Positions 24,473 through 39,276 of a DNA stretch of 64,000 nucleotides are shown here, piece after piece. Source of the stretch: Macrostomum lignano (taxonomy: Eukaryota); NCBI GenBank assembly GCA_002269645.1, contig NIVC01000905.1, forward strand, positions 310,162-374,161, given 5' to 3'. The position numbers and the translations under genes are program-made. The first letter of the stretch is position 1. Each line of letters opens with the position of its first letter. The notes beneath the pieces are model-generated. The model searched no databases and was not told the origin of the DNA. It was given only the letters and a program-made list of their open reading frames with translations.

Positions 24473-24489
24473 GGGTACAGGTTGAAAGC

Positions 24490-24660
24490 AAATGAGTTAA
24501 AAGCACAAGACAATAGAGCGATTTCATACCTTGATTGCCTTGGCGAGTGCAGGACCGGCAGTGACGTCATCCGTGCTGGCAGCCGTCCGGACGGTCCAAG
24601 GCGGCATCGCACTGGCGTCGCTCTTGTCACTCGGATAGCCGAACTGATGCGGGATCAGGG
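24490..24660 (+). mobile_element. LINE (RTE-like) endonuclease fragment
   Basis: CLGECRTGSDVIRAGSRPDGPRRHRTGVALV resembles the APE E-x-R...G...H..GVA segment. Confidence 0.35.
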
Positions 24661-26805
24661 ATTGCAGTTTTAACTCATCAGAAACTGGGACTTGACAAAA
24701 TGGCTAAGGGAGGATTAAAGGTGATCTTGTGGGTCTGTTCAATCTCGTGGGAGAACTCACCACTTAAGGCAGGTTCTTCCCGTGGCTCTGAGGTTCAAAT
24801 ATTGCTCACATTAATGTGCGTGTTTACTACTTATACGACTAAAATGGTAGACTATTCCATTCTGAATAGTAGACTATTCTACTCGTATAAGACCATGAGT
24901 TAAATATTTACTCTAACCTGGAGCAAAGCCGTAATTACTACTTCTTATATAATCAGCATGTAAAATATATATATATATATATATACTCTCCGATGAAGCC
25001 TGCTACGAGCCAACATCCTCTGCAGCCCATTTTATTGATATTCCGGTAATAGTGCGGCCCTGCTTCAGTTTTTAGACTTCTTTTTGGCAATAGCTCGTAT
25101 AGAACTAGCTAATGAGATAACGGGGCGGTGAAAAATACGCTCGTACCATCCTGAAAACCCGTCACAACAGTTACCAATTGATCAATAATTTACCAGCTAT
25201 CGGGGTGGATGGCACAAAACATTCAAACCTACACAACGTCTTGTATTGAGTGAGCATCGTATAAATCACCGTGCCGCATGGGAATCGAAATCCTCTGATT
25301 CCTCTGAATCCTCTGTAGACTGTATCCTCTGAACATCTCTAGTACTCAAGCTACGCTACTTATAATAAAAAAAACTTGCTAAATGAAGCATGCATTACTC
25401 AAGTTATGAATTTCCATGTAAGTCGATACAAGTAGTTGCTGTGTTCTGAAGCAACGAGGAATTTTAATGACTACTTTGAAGCGCTCATGCGAGTGTATTT
25501 AGCAGCTGGATATCGCTAACATGCTAACACCGATAAAACTAAAAAAATGGAACTCGATCTGAAGCAAAATAAAATCTTACGATTTGACGGATTCCATTCT
25601 GAAACTCACTTTGAATTTTATAGCACATGAACTTAATTCTTTATGAAACTTACGTTCGCACCGTTTCATCTTCTTATTTATTTATTATATATCTCAATAG
25701 TGCAGTCCCGCTTCAGTTTTGTGACCAAATGAAGTCAATTAGTTTCAGAAAAAGCAAAATTGTCTTATAGAATTGGAATGAGCGACATGAGAAATAAGAA
25801 ATGAACGACAAAAACTGAATTACCTGGATGGTATGATGGTACACGTATGGCTTGCTGAAGACCGGTATGCAGAAGCTTGATGGTGTTCGATTGAATAGGT
25901 CTGGATCGATTTGAGCTTTTTGTGCTCCTTTTTTCCCGAACTGTCAGAAGTTTTTGCATCCATAGACCTGCACAGGAAAAGGTGTTGGCAGTTATACGCT
26001 CGTAGTTATCTGTAGGTTCAAAAGACTCAGCCAGGATTTAGTTTCGTGTGGGGGTACAATAAAAATTTTGTTTAATGATGTTGCAAATAAAGCCATAACA
26101 CAAAATGAATGTACAACAAAACTTTTTGGCATGATTGGAAGGGGGCAGGGCCCTGGCTGCGCTATTTAAACATTTCAAGAATTGTGAAAATGTGAAAAAT
26201 GGCGCTAATTTAAAAAATGTCGCAAGTAGCGAGTAAAAGTACAGTACTGTTGACAGTTTTAAAACACACATTAGGATTGGTTTTCCTTCTGGCAGAAAGG
26301 AAAGAAAGGACAGAAAAAATTTAAGAAAAGTCAAAATACGAGTACCTTCAATAGGAAAGAAGTGGATTGATAAGATCAGTATCATGCATTGCCTCTAATT
26401 GAGATACCGAATAGCAGTATGTAGCACTGTAGCTACCGGCAATAAAATCAAATCACTTACACATTCGCACATGCTTTGCAATTTGACTTCTGACAGCACT
26501 GGTTTGCCATTCGATCTTATACGATGGATGATAAAAAATTTCAAGCTTCTTAAGACAGATTCTTAACAATATGCTAGCATCTTTCGCTGTGTCTTGACAC
26601 ATATACGAGCGTATATTCCTTAACCAGGAGCCTGTACCTTGTTCAATTTTTGAGTCCAGCATCATTTTCAGATTTAAACATGGGTCGTTCAAAATCGTAG
26701 CAATAATTTTTAGAAATTTTGGCACACAATTTATAATATACAAATGAGACAGGCAGTCATTATGCATGATCGAACATCCTTTCGGGTTACTTACTTTTTG
26801 AGGTA

Positions 26806-27345
26806 CTACGAATAGCAGCGCGATCTCACAAGGCTCTGCGACGAGGGTGCCCGTGTTGGGCTGCTGGTGAACGCTCGCAAGACGGAGGCGCTGCACGTGG
26901 GCACAAATACCGCCCCAACTCTCACGCTGCCCAATGGAGACCGTATCGCGGTGTGCGAGGACTTCTGGTACCTCGGCGCCCTGGTGATGAGCCCCGATGC
27001 GATTGTCTCCGACAGGAGGAACCAGGCCTGGCGTGCCGCGCACCTCCTCAGGAACGCCTTCAATCCAGCTGCCAGAGACGACCTGAAGATGCGCCTGTTC
27101 CGCGCGGCCGTAGAGCCGATCCTGCTGTACGGCATGGAGGCTGTGCCGCTGACCGAAACGCGAGAGCGAGCCTTGGACGCGCTTTACCGATCGCTGCTAC
27201 CGGCCCCGCCTCCACAAATATCGCCACCGCATCGGACTGGAGCTATCTGCGACCTGCCCAGAATGCGGCAAAGCCGAGGAGGATCTCGAACACCTCATAA
27301 TGCCCGACACACGCAGACATCCGGGCGGACGTCCTCAGACCAAAC
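26806..27345 (+). mobile_element. RTE-like LINE reverse-transcriptase C-terminal remnant
   Basis: GLLVNARKTE, DFWYLGA and KMRLFRAAVEPILLYGMEAVPLT..ERALD are RTE-type RT C-terminal motifs. Confidence 0.85.
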
Positions 27346-27348
27346 CCC

Positions 27349-27470
27349 GCATGCTCCATCGCAGACGACGGCCCCCGCATGCTCCATCGCAGACGACGGC
27401 CCCCGCATGCTCCATCGCAGACGACGGCCCCCGCATGCTCCATCGCAGACGACGGCCCCCGCATGCTCCA
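27349..27470. repeat. 28-bp tandem repeat (GCATGCTCCATCGCAGACGACGGCCCCC)x4+
   Basis: Seen directly. Confidence 0.95.
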
Positions 27471-27740
27471 CTTCCGCTTCCTGGTGAAGATAATGGCCAC
27501 AGTCTTATCGGGTGCTGATAGTTAGGCCATGCCGGGTGGCCTAGGTTTGCGCCTTATCGGCGAACTGCTGCATCAGGTTCCGGAGAGTGCTTGTGTTGGG
27601 GCCACTGACAATAGCTGCAACATCATCAGCGTAACCAGCAAAATCGGCTTTTTACGATGCTGCTGGGGACGTCAGCCGTCAGGAGTTCGTCTATCACGAG
27701 GTTCCAGAGCAGTGGGGTGAGTAACCCGCCTTAGGTGAAA

Positions 27741-27782
27741 CAAGGACTACTTAAGAACTTAAGTGTTCTTAAGTAGTCCTTG
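27741..27782. mobile_element. 42-bp palindromic hAT-type micro-MITE
   Basis: Perfect 18-bp arms CAAGGACTACTTAAGAAC/GTTCTTAAGTAGTCCTTG, with 8-bp direct flanks AGGTGAAA at 27733-27740 and 27783-27790. Confidence 0.75.
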
Positions 27783-28254
27783 AGGTGAAATCCAAGAGGG
27801 TAGAGGTCACCGTTTTGTTTCGGATCATGAACGAGTCTATTCATCGTACAATACTGGGTCTGACCTTTTTCTATAAAAGGGAATCTCTGAAGGAGCCAAA
27901 CTCTCGTTTCGAGTTAACAGAAAAGCCTAAGTCACTGACACCCCAGAACAGCTTCTGATTGGCGACCTGGCCCAGAAGTGCGCCCAGTGACGCAGCTTTC
28001 TAGAAATCATGACAGCGTATTTTGTTGCTGTTGTTGTTGTTATTGTTGTTGTTGACACAAGCAACAGATACAAACCGCAGAATACAACAGCGTTTGTAAC
28101 AGCAGTGAGTGTCTCTCTTGGGGTCACTAAAATGAGTTGATGGTACGTTTGTCAGTTACAACACAGTGGCGATGGGTCTTTAAAAAGGCACTTGTCTGCG
28201 ATTCGGGCAAAACCACTCAAAAGAATTTTTTAAGTCTTAATAGCACTCGCTCAA

Positions 28255-28425
28255 GGTTTTTGTCTCTTCTCAGCCCTCTTCTCTCCTCTCCTCTCCTCTC
28301 CCCTTTTTCGGTTTCGATTCCTCCTCTCGTCTCCTCTCTTCTCTCTTCTTCTTTATTCTCTCACCTGTCTCATATCTCTCTTCCCTCTTCTCTATCCCTT
28401 CTACTCCTCCCCCTTCTCTGACCCC
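28255..28425. repeat. CT-rich low-complexity tract
   Basis: Seen directly. Confidence 0.85.
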
Positions 28426-29236
28426 CTGATCTATGGTAATTAAATAATTAGAGTTGAACTTCTTCGTTTCCTTTGCAAGCTTGTTTTCAAGCTTCACGAA
28501 AGACTATGAGAGAGACGGCATTATCGCTGGGAAATACAAACACGATGAATTTTAACCTGGTTTTTCCTTATCTAAAAATAAAGCAGACGCCGCCTCTAAA
28601 AATATTGGACACAATGAAGAAAGTGTTGTTTCCTGTGAGTACAATGTGAGTGTAATAGTTTGGCTCTTCTTTCAGCTTGTGCTCAATTGCATTTCCATAA
28701 GCGCGTATTACGCCCAGCTCGTTTTTGGAGAGCAAATACTCCACGAGTAATTTGTACACAATGATGCGAATTAGCATTTTTTACTGCTGTATTATTAGCT
28801 ACTTGGTTATAAATCGCTAACTACACTACTGCTCGATGTTTTAGTAGAGTAACAAGGACATTAAAGTCGTTGAAGACAATATTTTTGAAACAAATTCTAA
28901 CTTTATTGCGATATAAGAAAGAGCAAATCAAAGCAAAACATATTCTTACCTGTAAGCTACAAAATTTTTGTTGTGAACCTCTCATTGGTGCATTTTAAGA
29001 TTAATGTACTGTAGTACCCGTTACAAACGTTATAATAGGGTTTATGTATTTATTTACGTAAAGTTCTAGAAAAGATGTGTTTTCATCAAAATATTTTCAT
29101 TTGTTATTTTAAAGTCCCACCACATTGTACCGTAGACTTCAATAGCAAAGTAGGTTTTTCTTCAAGAATAAGAGTACTTTGAAAAATCCAACATTATTTT
29201 TCGGAAATGTTATTAAACAGTTAATCTCATCATCCA

Positions 29237-29876
29237 TCAAAGGCTGTATTTGACCCAGTTGGCTCCAGTCTCGATCCACTGCTCCACCTGAGCATCCGTG
29301 AACAGCAGCAGACGGCACTTGTTCGTCTTGGTGTTGTACAACACGCGCCTCGCGCTTCGATCAGCAGTCGCGGCCATTATGCACTGCGCCAGGGTGTCCA
29401 CCGGGACATCCTTGAAGCAGTACTTGCCGCTCGGGTTGTAGCTGGTCCGCCTAAACTCAGTCTGCTTCCATTTGGCCTTGCAGAAATCCACCGCTGGTGA
29501 CGCCTCCGGGTCCACGTACTCGCAGACGAATCCGCGCAAGTTCGAGCAGTCATTATCAATGAATTTCACTGTGTACGAGGAGCTGGCGATGCAGTCTTGG
29601 TTGCCAACGCTGCTAGGCATGCCAGTGTACCACAGAAGATTGGCTTAGAAGTATCTCTACTTCGTGTCTTACGGGACTCTTATAGTGTCATATATGACTC
29701 AAACAATCAATATACCGCAAGCCTGTCACAGGAATGTTTTGTTAAGTTAAAAGAACTTTTGAAACCGAAAAAATCTGCAGCAAATTATTTTTAGTTTTTA
29801 TGGTGAAGTATTGTTCTAGGCAATTCGAACGTACGCTCGTAGCTAGTGACTCACCAGGTACAACCGTGTTTTGACC
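29237..29876 (-). CDS. C-type lectin plus PAN/Apple-like protein, 3' part
   Basis: Exon 29643-29237 reads NLLWYTGMPSSVGNQDC...DNDCSNLRGFVCEY (CTLD W..G.P...DC / C...FVCE), then C-x-x-A...LYN....KCRL (PAN-like). A 22-nt micro-exon 29876-29855 (GQNTVVP) joins in phase. The 5' exons were not found. Confidence 0.7.
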
Positions 29877-29975
29877 CTAGAAAAACAGTAGCTCTAATTG
29901 AGACGGAGATATAGAAATGAATTCGAAGTACAAGCCTGAGTTATCTCGGTTTGTTTAACTGATTAAACGATCATC

Positions 29976-30725
29976 ATGAGTCAGTGCTGTGAAGTGGAAA
30001 ATTGTAAAGATTGCCAGATGGCGTAAGTGAATTTCAATTTTTCGAATTCAAACTTATTGGCTATTAGTCACATAATTAACTCGTAGCTGTTTCATTGCTG
30101 GCTGCCCCAGAATCAAATGCAATCTTTGATTTTGTGATGAAAAAACATTTTCCGTCTCCACGGTGCATTAGCCTTCAAAAATTGCACGAACTTGGAGTTT
30201 TTACGTCATGTTATACTACAGTGGGTCGGTCCTTGTCTCAGAGGGGGCATACATGAGTTGATCATTTGATTTGGCACTTTCTTAGCACAATAGTAAAAAT
30301 TAATTACTTCCGATGTAGTATGGTAGAAATGATACCTCTCAGAGAATTCCTAGATAAATGATTGAAAAAGCAGTATCTGATGCTCTATGATATTGTCGTT
30401 GTTCGTTTCTAAACACTCTCTCCAGACAGCCCCTCTGCGGCAAACGACAGTGTTGTAAGCACACGGATGGGAGGTACGAAGCCAATTTGTTGCCGTGTTG
30501 GATGCGTTTAACCTTTTATCACTCTTTTTTAATATCACAATTATTTATTTTACTATTTCACTAAGGGACTGCGAGGACCAGACGGTGTCGCAGGGCTGCG
30601 ATAGAGTTGGCATTGCTCTGGCTGCTGGAGGGGTGACCTTCGTTGGAGCCGTCGTGCTCGGGTCCTCAACTTTCGGTCTTGGAGCGGCGCTGGTTGTTGC
30701 TGGATTTGTCGCTTGTGTCCGATGA
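29976..30725 (+). CDS. Small 3-exon Cys-rich protein with a Gly-rich hydrophobic C-terminus, 84 aa
   Basis: Exons 29976-30022 (GTAAGT donor), 30426-30473 and 30566-30725, both introns phase 2, give MSQCCEVENCKDCQMAQPLCGKRQCCKHTDGRDCEDQTVSQGCDRVGIALAAGGVTFVGAVVLGSSTFGLGAALVVAGFVACVR*. Confidence 0.7.
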
Positions 30726-31859
30726 AAATTGTTTTTTCTGAAGACAATAACACATTTTTAATTCAATGTGTAAGTACTTGTACGTCAGCTGTATTTTCAT
30801 AACTAAAAAACTGCTAAAGATCTGCATGCTGTTTTAAATTTCATTTCAAATTCTTTTTAACGGATTAGAATTTTTTGTTTAAATCGTTAAACCTGAATCC
30901 GTAGATTCAAAATCAGTTTCTTTTTTTATTGAAACTGCACTATTTCAATTCAATAATGCGAGCGTAGAATTGCTTTTATTAGATATTTTAGCGACAGGAA
31001 ATGTTTTTTCGTTAAATTAAATTTTACCAAAGTCGCTATACTCGTTATTGATTTTTGAGACTGCAAATTGACATCTTAGTCCGTACATCGTTAAACTAAC
31101 ATTACTTTGAGATTTCTTTGCCCTAAAGCAGCTTATTCGCTAAAATAAGCACTTCTTGTATGAACCACAGTTTGATAAATAATAATTTTGGTTAGTATTT
31201 AATAAAAAAATGACCGTAGGAACTCGTAAGGTAAATCACGATTGAATATCGACAGCACAGAAAACTGAAGTCGACACATAAGAGCAGAAAATGTGTATTT
31301 TTCACCACACTGAAAAACAGCTTAAATGGGGGAATGTAGTATGTCCCACGTACTACTAGTAGCATAGTAGCAGTATAGCAGACTACTAAAGTAGAAGGAC
31401 GCAACACTAAATCTATGGTAAATGTTTTGAAGGCCACTTTTCCAAACAATGTCACATTTGAATGGATGCACGTGGAAATGTCTTTTTTCCCCTGGGACCT
31501 TCGAAATTTATCCCCCTATAAGATAAAATAGCATTCGCGGCTTTGGCTTAACTTAATTTTTTATTTCACTTTTCTTAAGGCAACCCATTTTTTTCAACAA
31601 GGTACCAGGTATGCCTTACCATCTAAAATTATTTACGTGCCTTAAACTCCATTTATAACTCTTCGAAGGATAAATAAGATAATTAAGTGTTAATAGCAAA
31701 ACGGTAGTATCCAGCAAAATATTTATCTAAAGTGGCTTTCAAAACTTTTTTTAAACGTGAGTGTCGCGTCCTGTATATACGTTGCTTTAGTTGTCCTTGG
31801 GTACTTTCTATCACAAGCTTCCTACATTGCTAATGCATTTTGCAGCGAATATTTGCTTC

Positions 31860-32430
31860 ACGAGCTTCCCGTTAAAATGAAAACCGTGAAAAGAATAGCA
31901 AAAGATCCGCTGCAAACTACTCTCCAGTGACCCTAGCGACTCTGGGGCGACTCTTCTGTGACTTTTTAACGACTCAAACGCGTCTAATGCGACGGAGAGG
32001 CGACTGCTGCGTCACAAGTGCGTCGCGTGAGTTAATTGTAGAATAGCAAAAGAGTCGCGAGAGAGTAGTTTGCTCAAAAATAGTTGTGTTGGCGCTTAAC
32101 TTTCGTGGAGATGACTTTAGTTCATCAAGCGACGAAAATGCGCTTCAAAACACAACTCAGTGACTCAACAGCGACTCTGGCGCGCTCGCTACTCGATACT
32201 CTACGGCCCCAGAGTCGCTATACCGTCGCGCCAATGAGTTACTTGTGTCGCCCTCAAAGTTGCAGACAATAAAACGCTGCACAGTGTCACTCTCGGGAAA
32301 CTCATTGGCGACTTTTTAGCGACTTGTGCCGTGACATCTCGTCGCTTGCTTCCTACTCTACTGATGTTACCTGCAACGACTCTGGGGCGACGCAAGTGAC
32401 TCTTGGACGCTTGTTGACCCAGCTACCGCT
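31860..32430. mobile_element. Probable non-autonomous element rich in GCGACTC/GAGTCGC motifs
   Basis: TAGCGACTCTGGGGC at 31936, its reverse complement at 32206 and a further copy at 32376, plus many GCGAC submotifs. Termini are not defined. Confidence 0.35.
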
Positions 32431-32489
32431 TTCATCAGGTTTATTTTGTTAAAGTACATTTTGGCATTTAATTACAGCAACCCGACAAA

Positions 32490-36777
<4,288 letters not shown>

Positions 36778-37589
36778 GCTTGAAGTTTCCTGAGGGAATA
36801 ATTGACAACTAATCTGGTGACACTACAGAAGATTTGAGAGCCAACAAGATGTGCTACAGGTAAAAATCGATGGCACTTTACAGTGCAGTGATAGGGAAAG
36901 CAAAGATGGAAATAACGAACGCTCTGCTCTGAAGGCCAGTTTGGGAGGAAGTCTTGTAAATTTTAGCTCTGCATGGGAGCTATACGACAAGGAATTGAAT
37001 GGGTGAGGCCGAGAAAGGGAGGGGAAGAGTTTGTTTGTTCCGCATTGGGAGGCTGGAATGCGTTTCTCTATCCCTCTCCCTCCCCAAATTGGAGCATGCG
37101 ACTATTGGAGCGGGGTTTTTTTGAGCAGCCATTGAATGCCACGTGGAGGATGCAGGTGGAGGTGCAGGTGGGGCAAGTACAACGTACAGCATCGGCCCGC
37201 GCATTCACAGACCCCCTCCGCAGTAGCCCAGCTCTGCACATGGGAAAAACACAGGCTCATTACAGCCAGAGCTAGCTAGCTTCTACATAAAATTGGCAAT
37301 GTCTTGTAGCAAGAAGGCTGCATAAACGTGTATCTTTAGCAGTATCTTACCAGTATGCGTCGCATTTTTATGTCAATCTTTTACCCAGTCATCAAAAGGG
37401 AATTTGAATGTCTCGTTAAAATTGTCCGATCATTCGTGTACATGTACACATGTATATGCATGTATGCATTCCGACGATCGTGCTTTATGAATATCAGCCT
37501 TTATAGATTTGGAATCGAATTTTACCTCAGTTCGGTGTACATACATGTATGCACATGTACACATGTGTATCAACAGCAACAAAAACAAA

Positions 37590-38720
37590 ATACGGCGTCA
37601 TAGCGCGCCTCAGGGCCAGGTCACAAACGAACGCCAAGCCGCCGGCCGAATCCGGGGCGCCGGCGTCAGTCAACAGACAGTCGACGAAACGCCGAGTGCG
37701 GGTCTGACCCACCGGAAGGATGCCTCTGCTGCGTCAGCAGTAGCACCTCCTGCACCGGCTGTGGGCAGGACGTCTCGGCGCAGATAATGTGGTCTGCCAG
37801 TTGTAGTCGCCGACGGCACAGCAATTCTCGAGTAAATAGAGTAGGGCCTCGGACTGCAGGACTGCCCTCACAGAACGAAAGGCAGCCTAGGCAAGCCCGC
37901 TGCGATCGACGCCGCAAATCCTCGCGGACGAACTGCTTACAACGCGGGAGCTCCGTCGCCTGTCCATCAGCTCCTCGTCACAAAATCGCAGCCTCGATGT
38001 CGTCCGGCACGCAAAGCATAATGGTTTTCTGCGTGTTGACCACCAGGCCGACACTCGCCGCAACAGCAACTAGCTTGTCATATTGTCTCTTGGCACCCTG
38101 GACATTCATCACTCCGGCGCCCTCACTGGCCACACGGTAAACGCGCAGCGCCTCAATGAGCACCTCGTCCGGACCCAGCGCGCGCTTTCCCGCCCGGTGA
38201 ATGTTTGGGCGAGACGTCACAACGTCGGCTGTGCTGACTGGTGCTAGACTGATGAAACTCTCCTCTGCCGGCAACAACATCTCTGGCGGCAGAGTCAGAC
38301 TGTCTGGCAGCTGGCTGGGTGGCGACGCGTTGACAATGGCGGCGAAGAACTGACGCAGCTCGTTCCTGCGCTCGTCCGCAGAGTTGCGGCCTGCCAGGTT
38401 TAGCGGAATGCGCCGCTTTCCAGTCAGAGTGTTGATGGCCGACCAGTGCAGGCCACGCGACCTCTCGCATCGGGCCGAGCGACAGAGACGGCCTGAAAGG
38501 GCGTCATCAACGGCAAAATTCTCACGCTGCAGATACTGTAGATCGACAGCCGCTAGGCCTCCTCGATCCGCGGGTTGGTCGCCTGCTCAAATGAAGCCTT
38601 CCCAGCTCTTCCCTCGCTTGCCGAATCGCGGGGTCTTCCTGCCATACCGGCTGCCTCCGCTGCAGGGCCTAGCTGTTGCTGGCTGTTGTTGGTGGCCGCT
38701 TCGAGACAGACGGTAGAGCA
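37590..38720 (-). mobile_element. Internally deleted, frameshifted RTE-like LINE remnant
   Basis: WSAINTLTGK and ALGPDEV..EALR are joined directly to VAASVGLVVNTQKT, so the RT core is missing. C-terminal GQTRTRRFVDCLLTDAG follows. Confidence 0.75.
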
Positions 38721-39276
38721 GCAGTACAGAGCGGATATTTTTATGTATGTGTGTACATAATTACCTCCAGAAAGTTTAAAGCCACATATGTAACATTAAT
38801 GGTACATGAAATATCTCTCGACGACCTTGACAACAAAGTTATGAAAAGCGTAAGTCACCGTAAGTCGTCATTGACTTGTATTTATCTACCTATGAAATAC
38901 GCGTAAGCTTTATGAATGACAATTCATGTACGCGCATGTATACAAATCAAAAACACACAGATGTAACGTAGAAATACGTTAATGATTATTTTTTCAATTT
39001 GTATTAGTTTTAGCATTAGTATTCGCATTATTTATGCTTTCTAAAGTAAATTAATTTGAAGAATAGTTACACAACCCACCTGTTTAAAACGATAAAGTTT
39101 TGAAAATATTTCTCATGCTTTTCGCCAAAATTAACAAGAAGCAGTGTTAATTAACGGCAACTTGATCCCTTTAATTATAAATTAAAAGTATTTATTTTCG
39201 ATTCCTGTTGTGGTTTGTTTTAAGATAATAACTATGCAGATATTCAAATGCGAAATTAGTTGTACAAAAAAAGTAG

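Larger units (their letters stand above)
22110..25720. repeat. Degenerate tandem duplication/triplication of 1-2.6 kb non-coding blocks
   Basis: Recurring blocks: TGTTGAAATTGATTTT.AAAACT...GACCCACGGAA (22190, 23968); CCGCTACATTTTAGCTCTTGTCA (22381, 23335); CCAATTGATCAATAATT (22551, 25174); GCTAACACCGATAAAA (22827, 25524); GATTTG.CGGAT.CCATTCT.AAACT (22875, 23610, 25580). Confidence 0.8.

Noticed and set aside
26453-27043. 196-aa minus-strand ORF
   Set aside because: Half is the antisense of the RTE remnant, and the rest has no recognisable motif.
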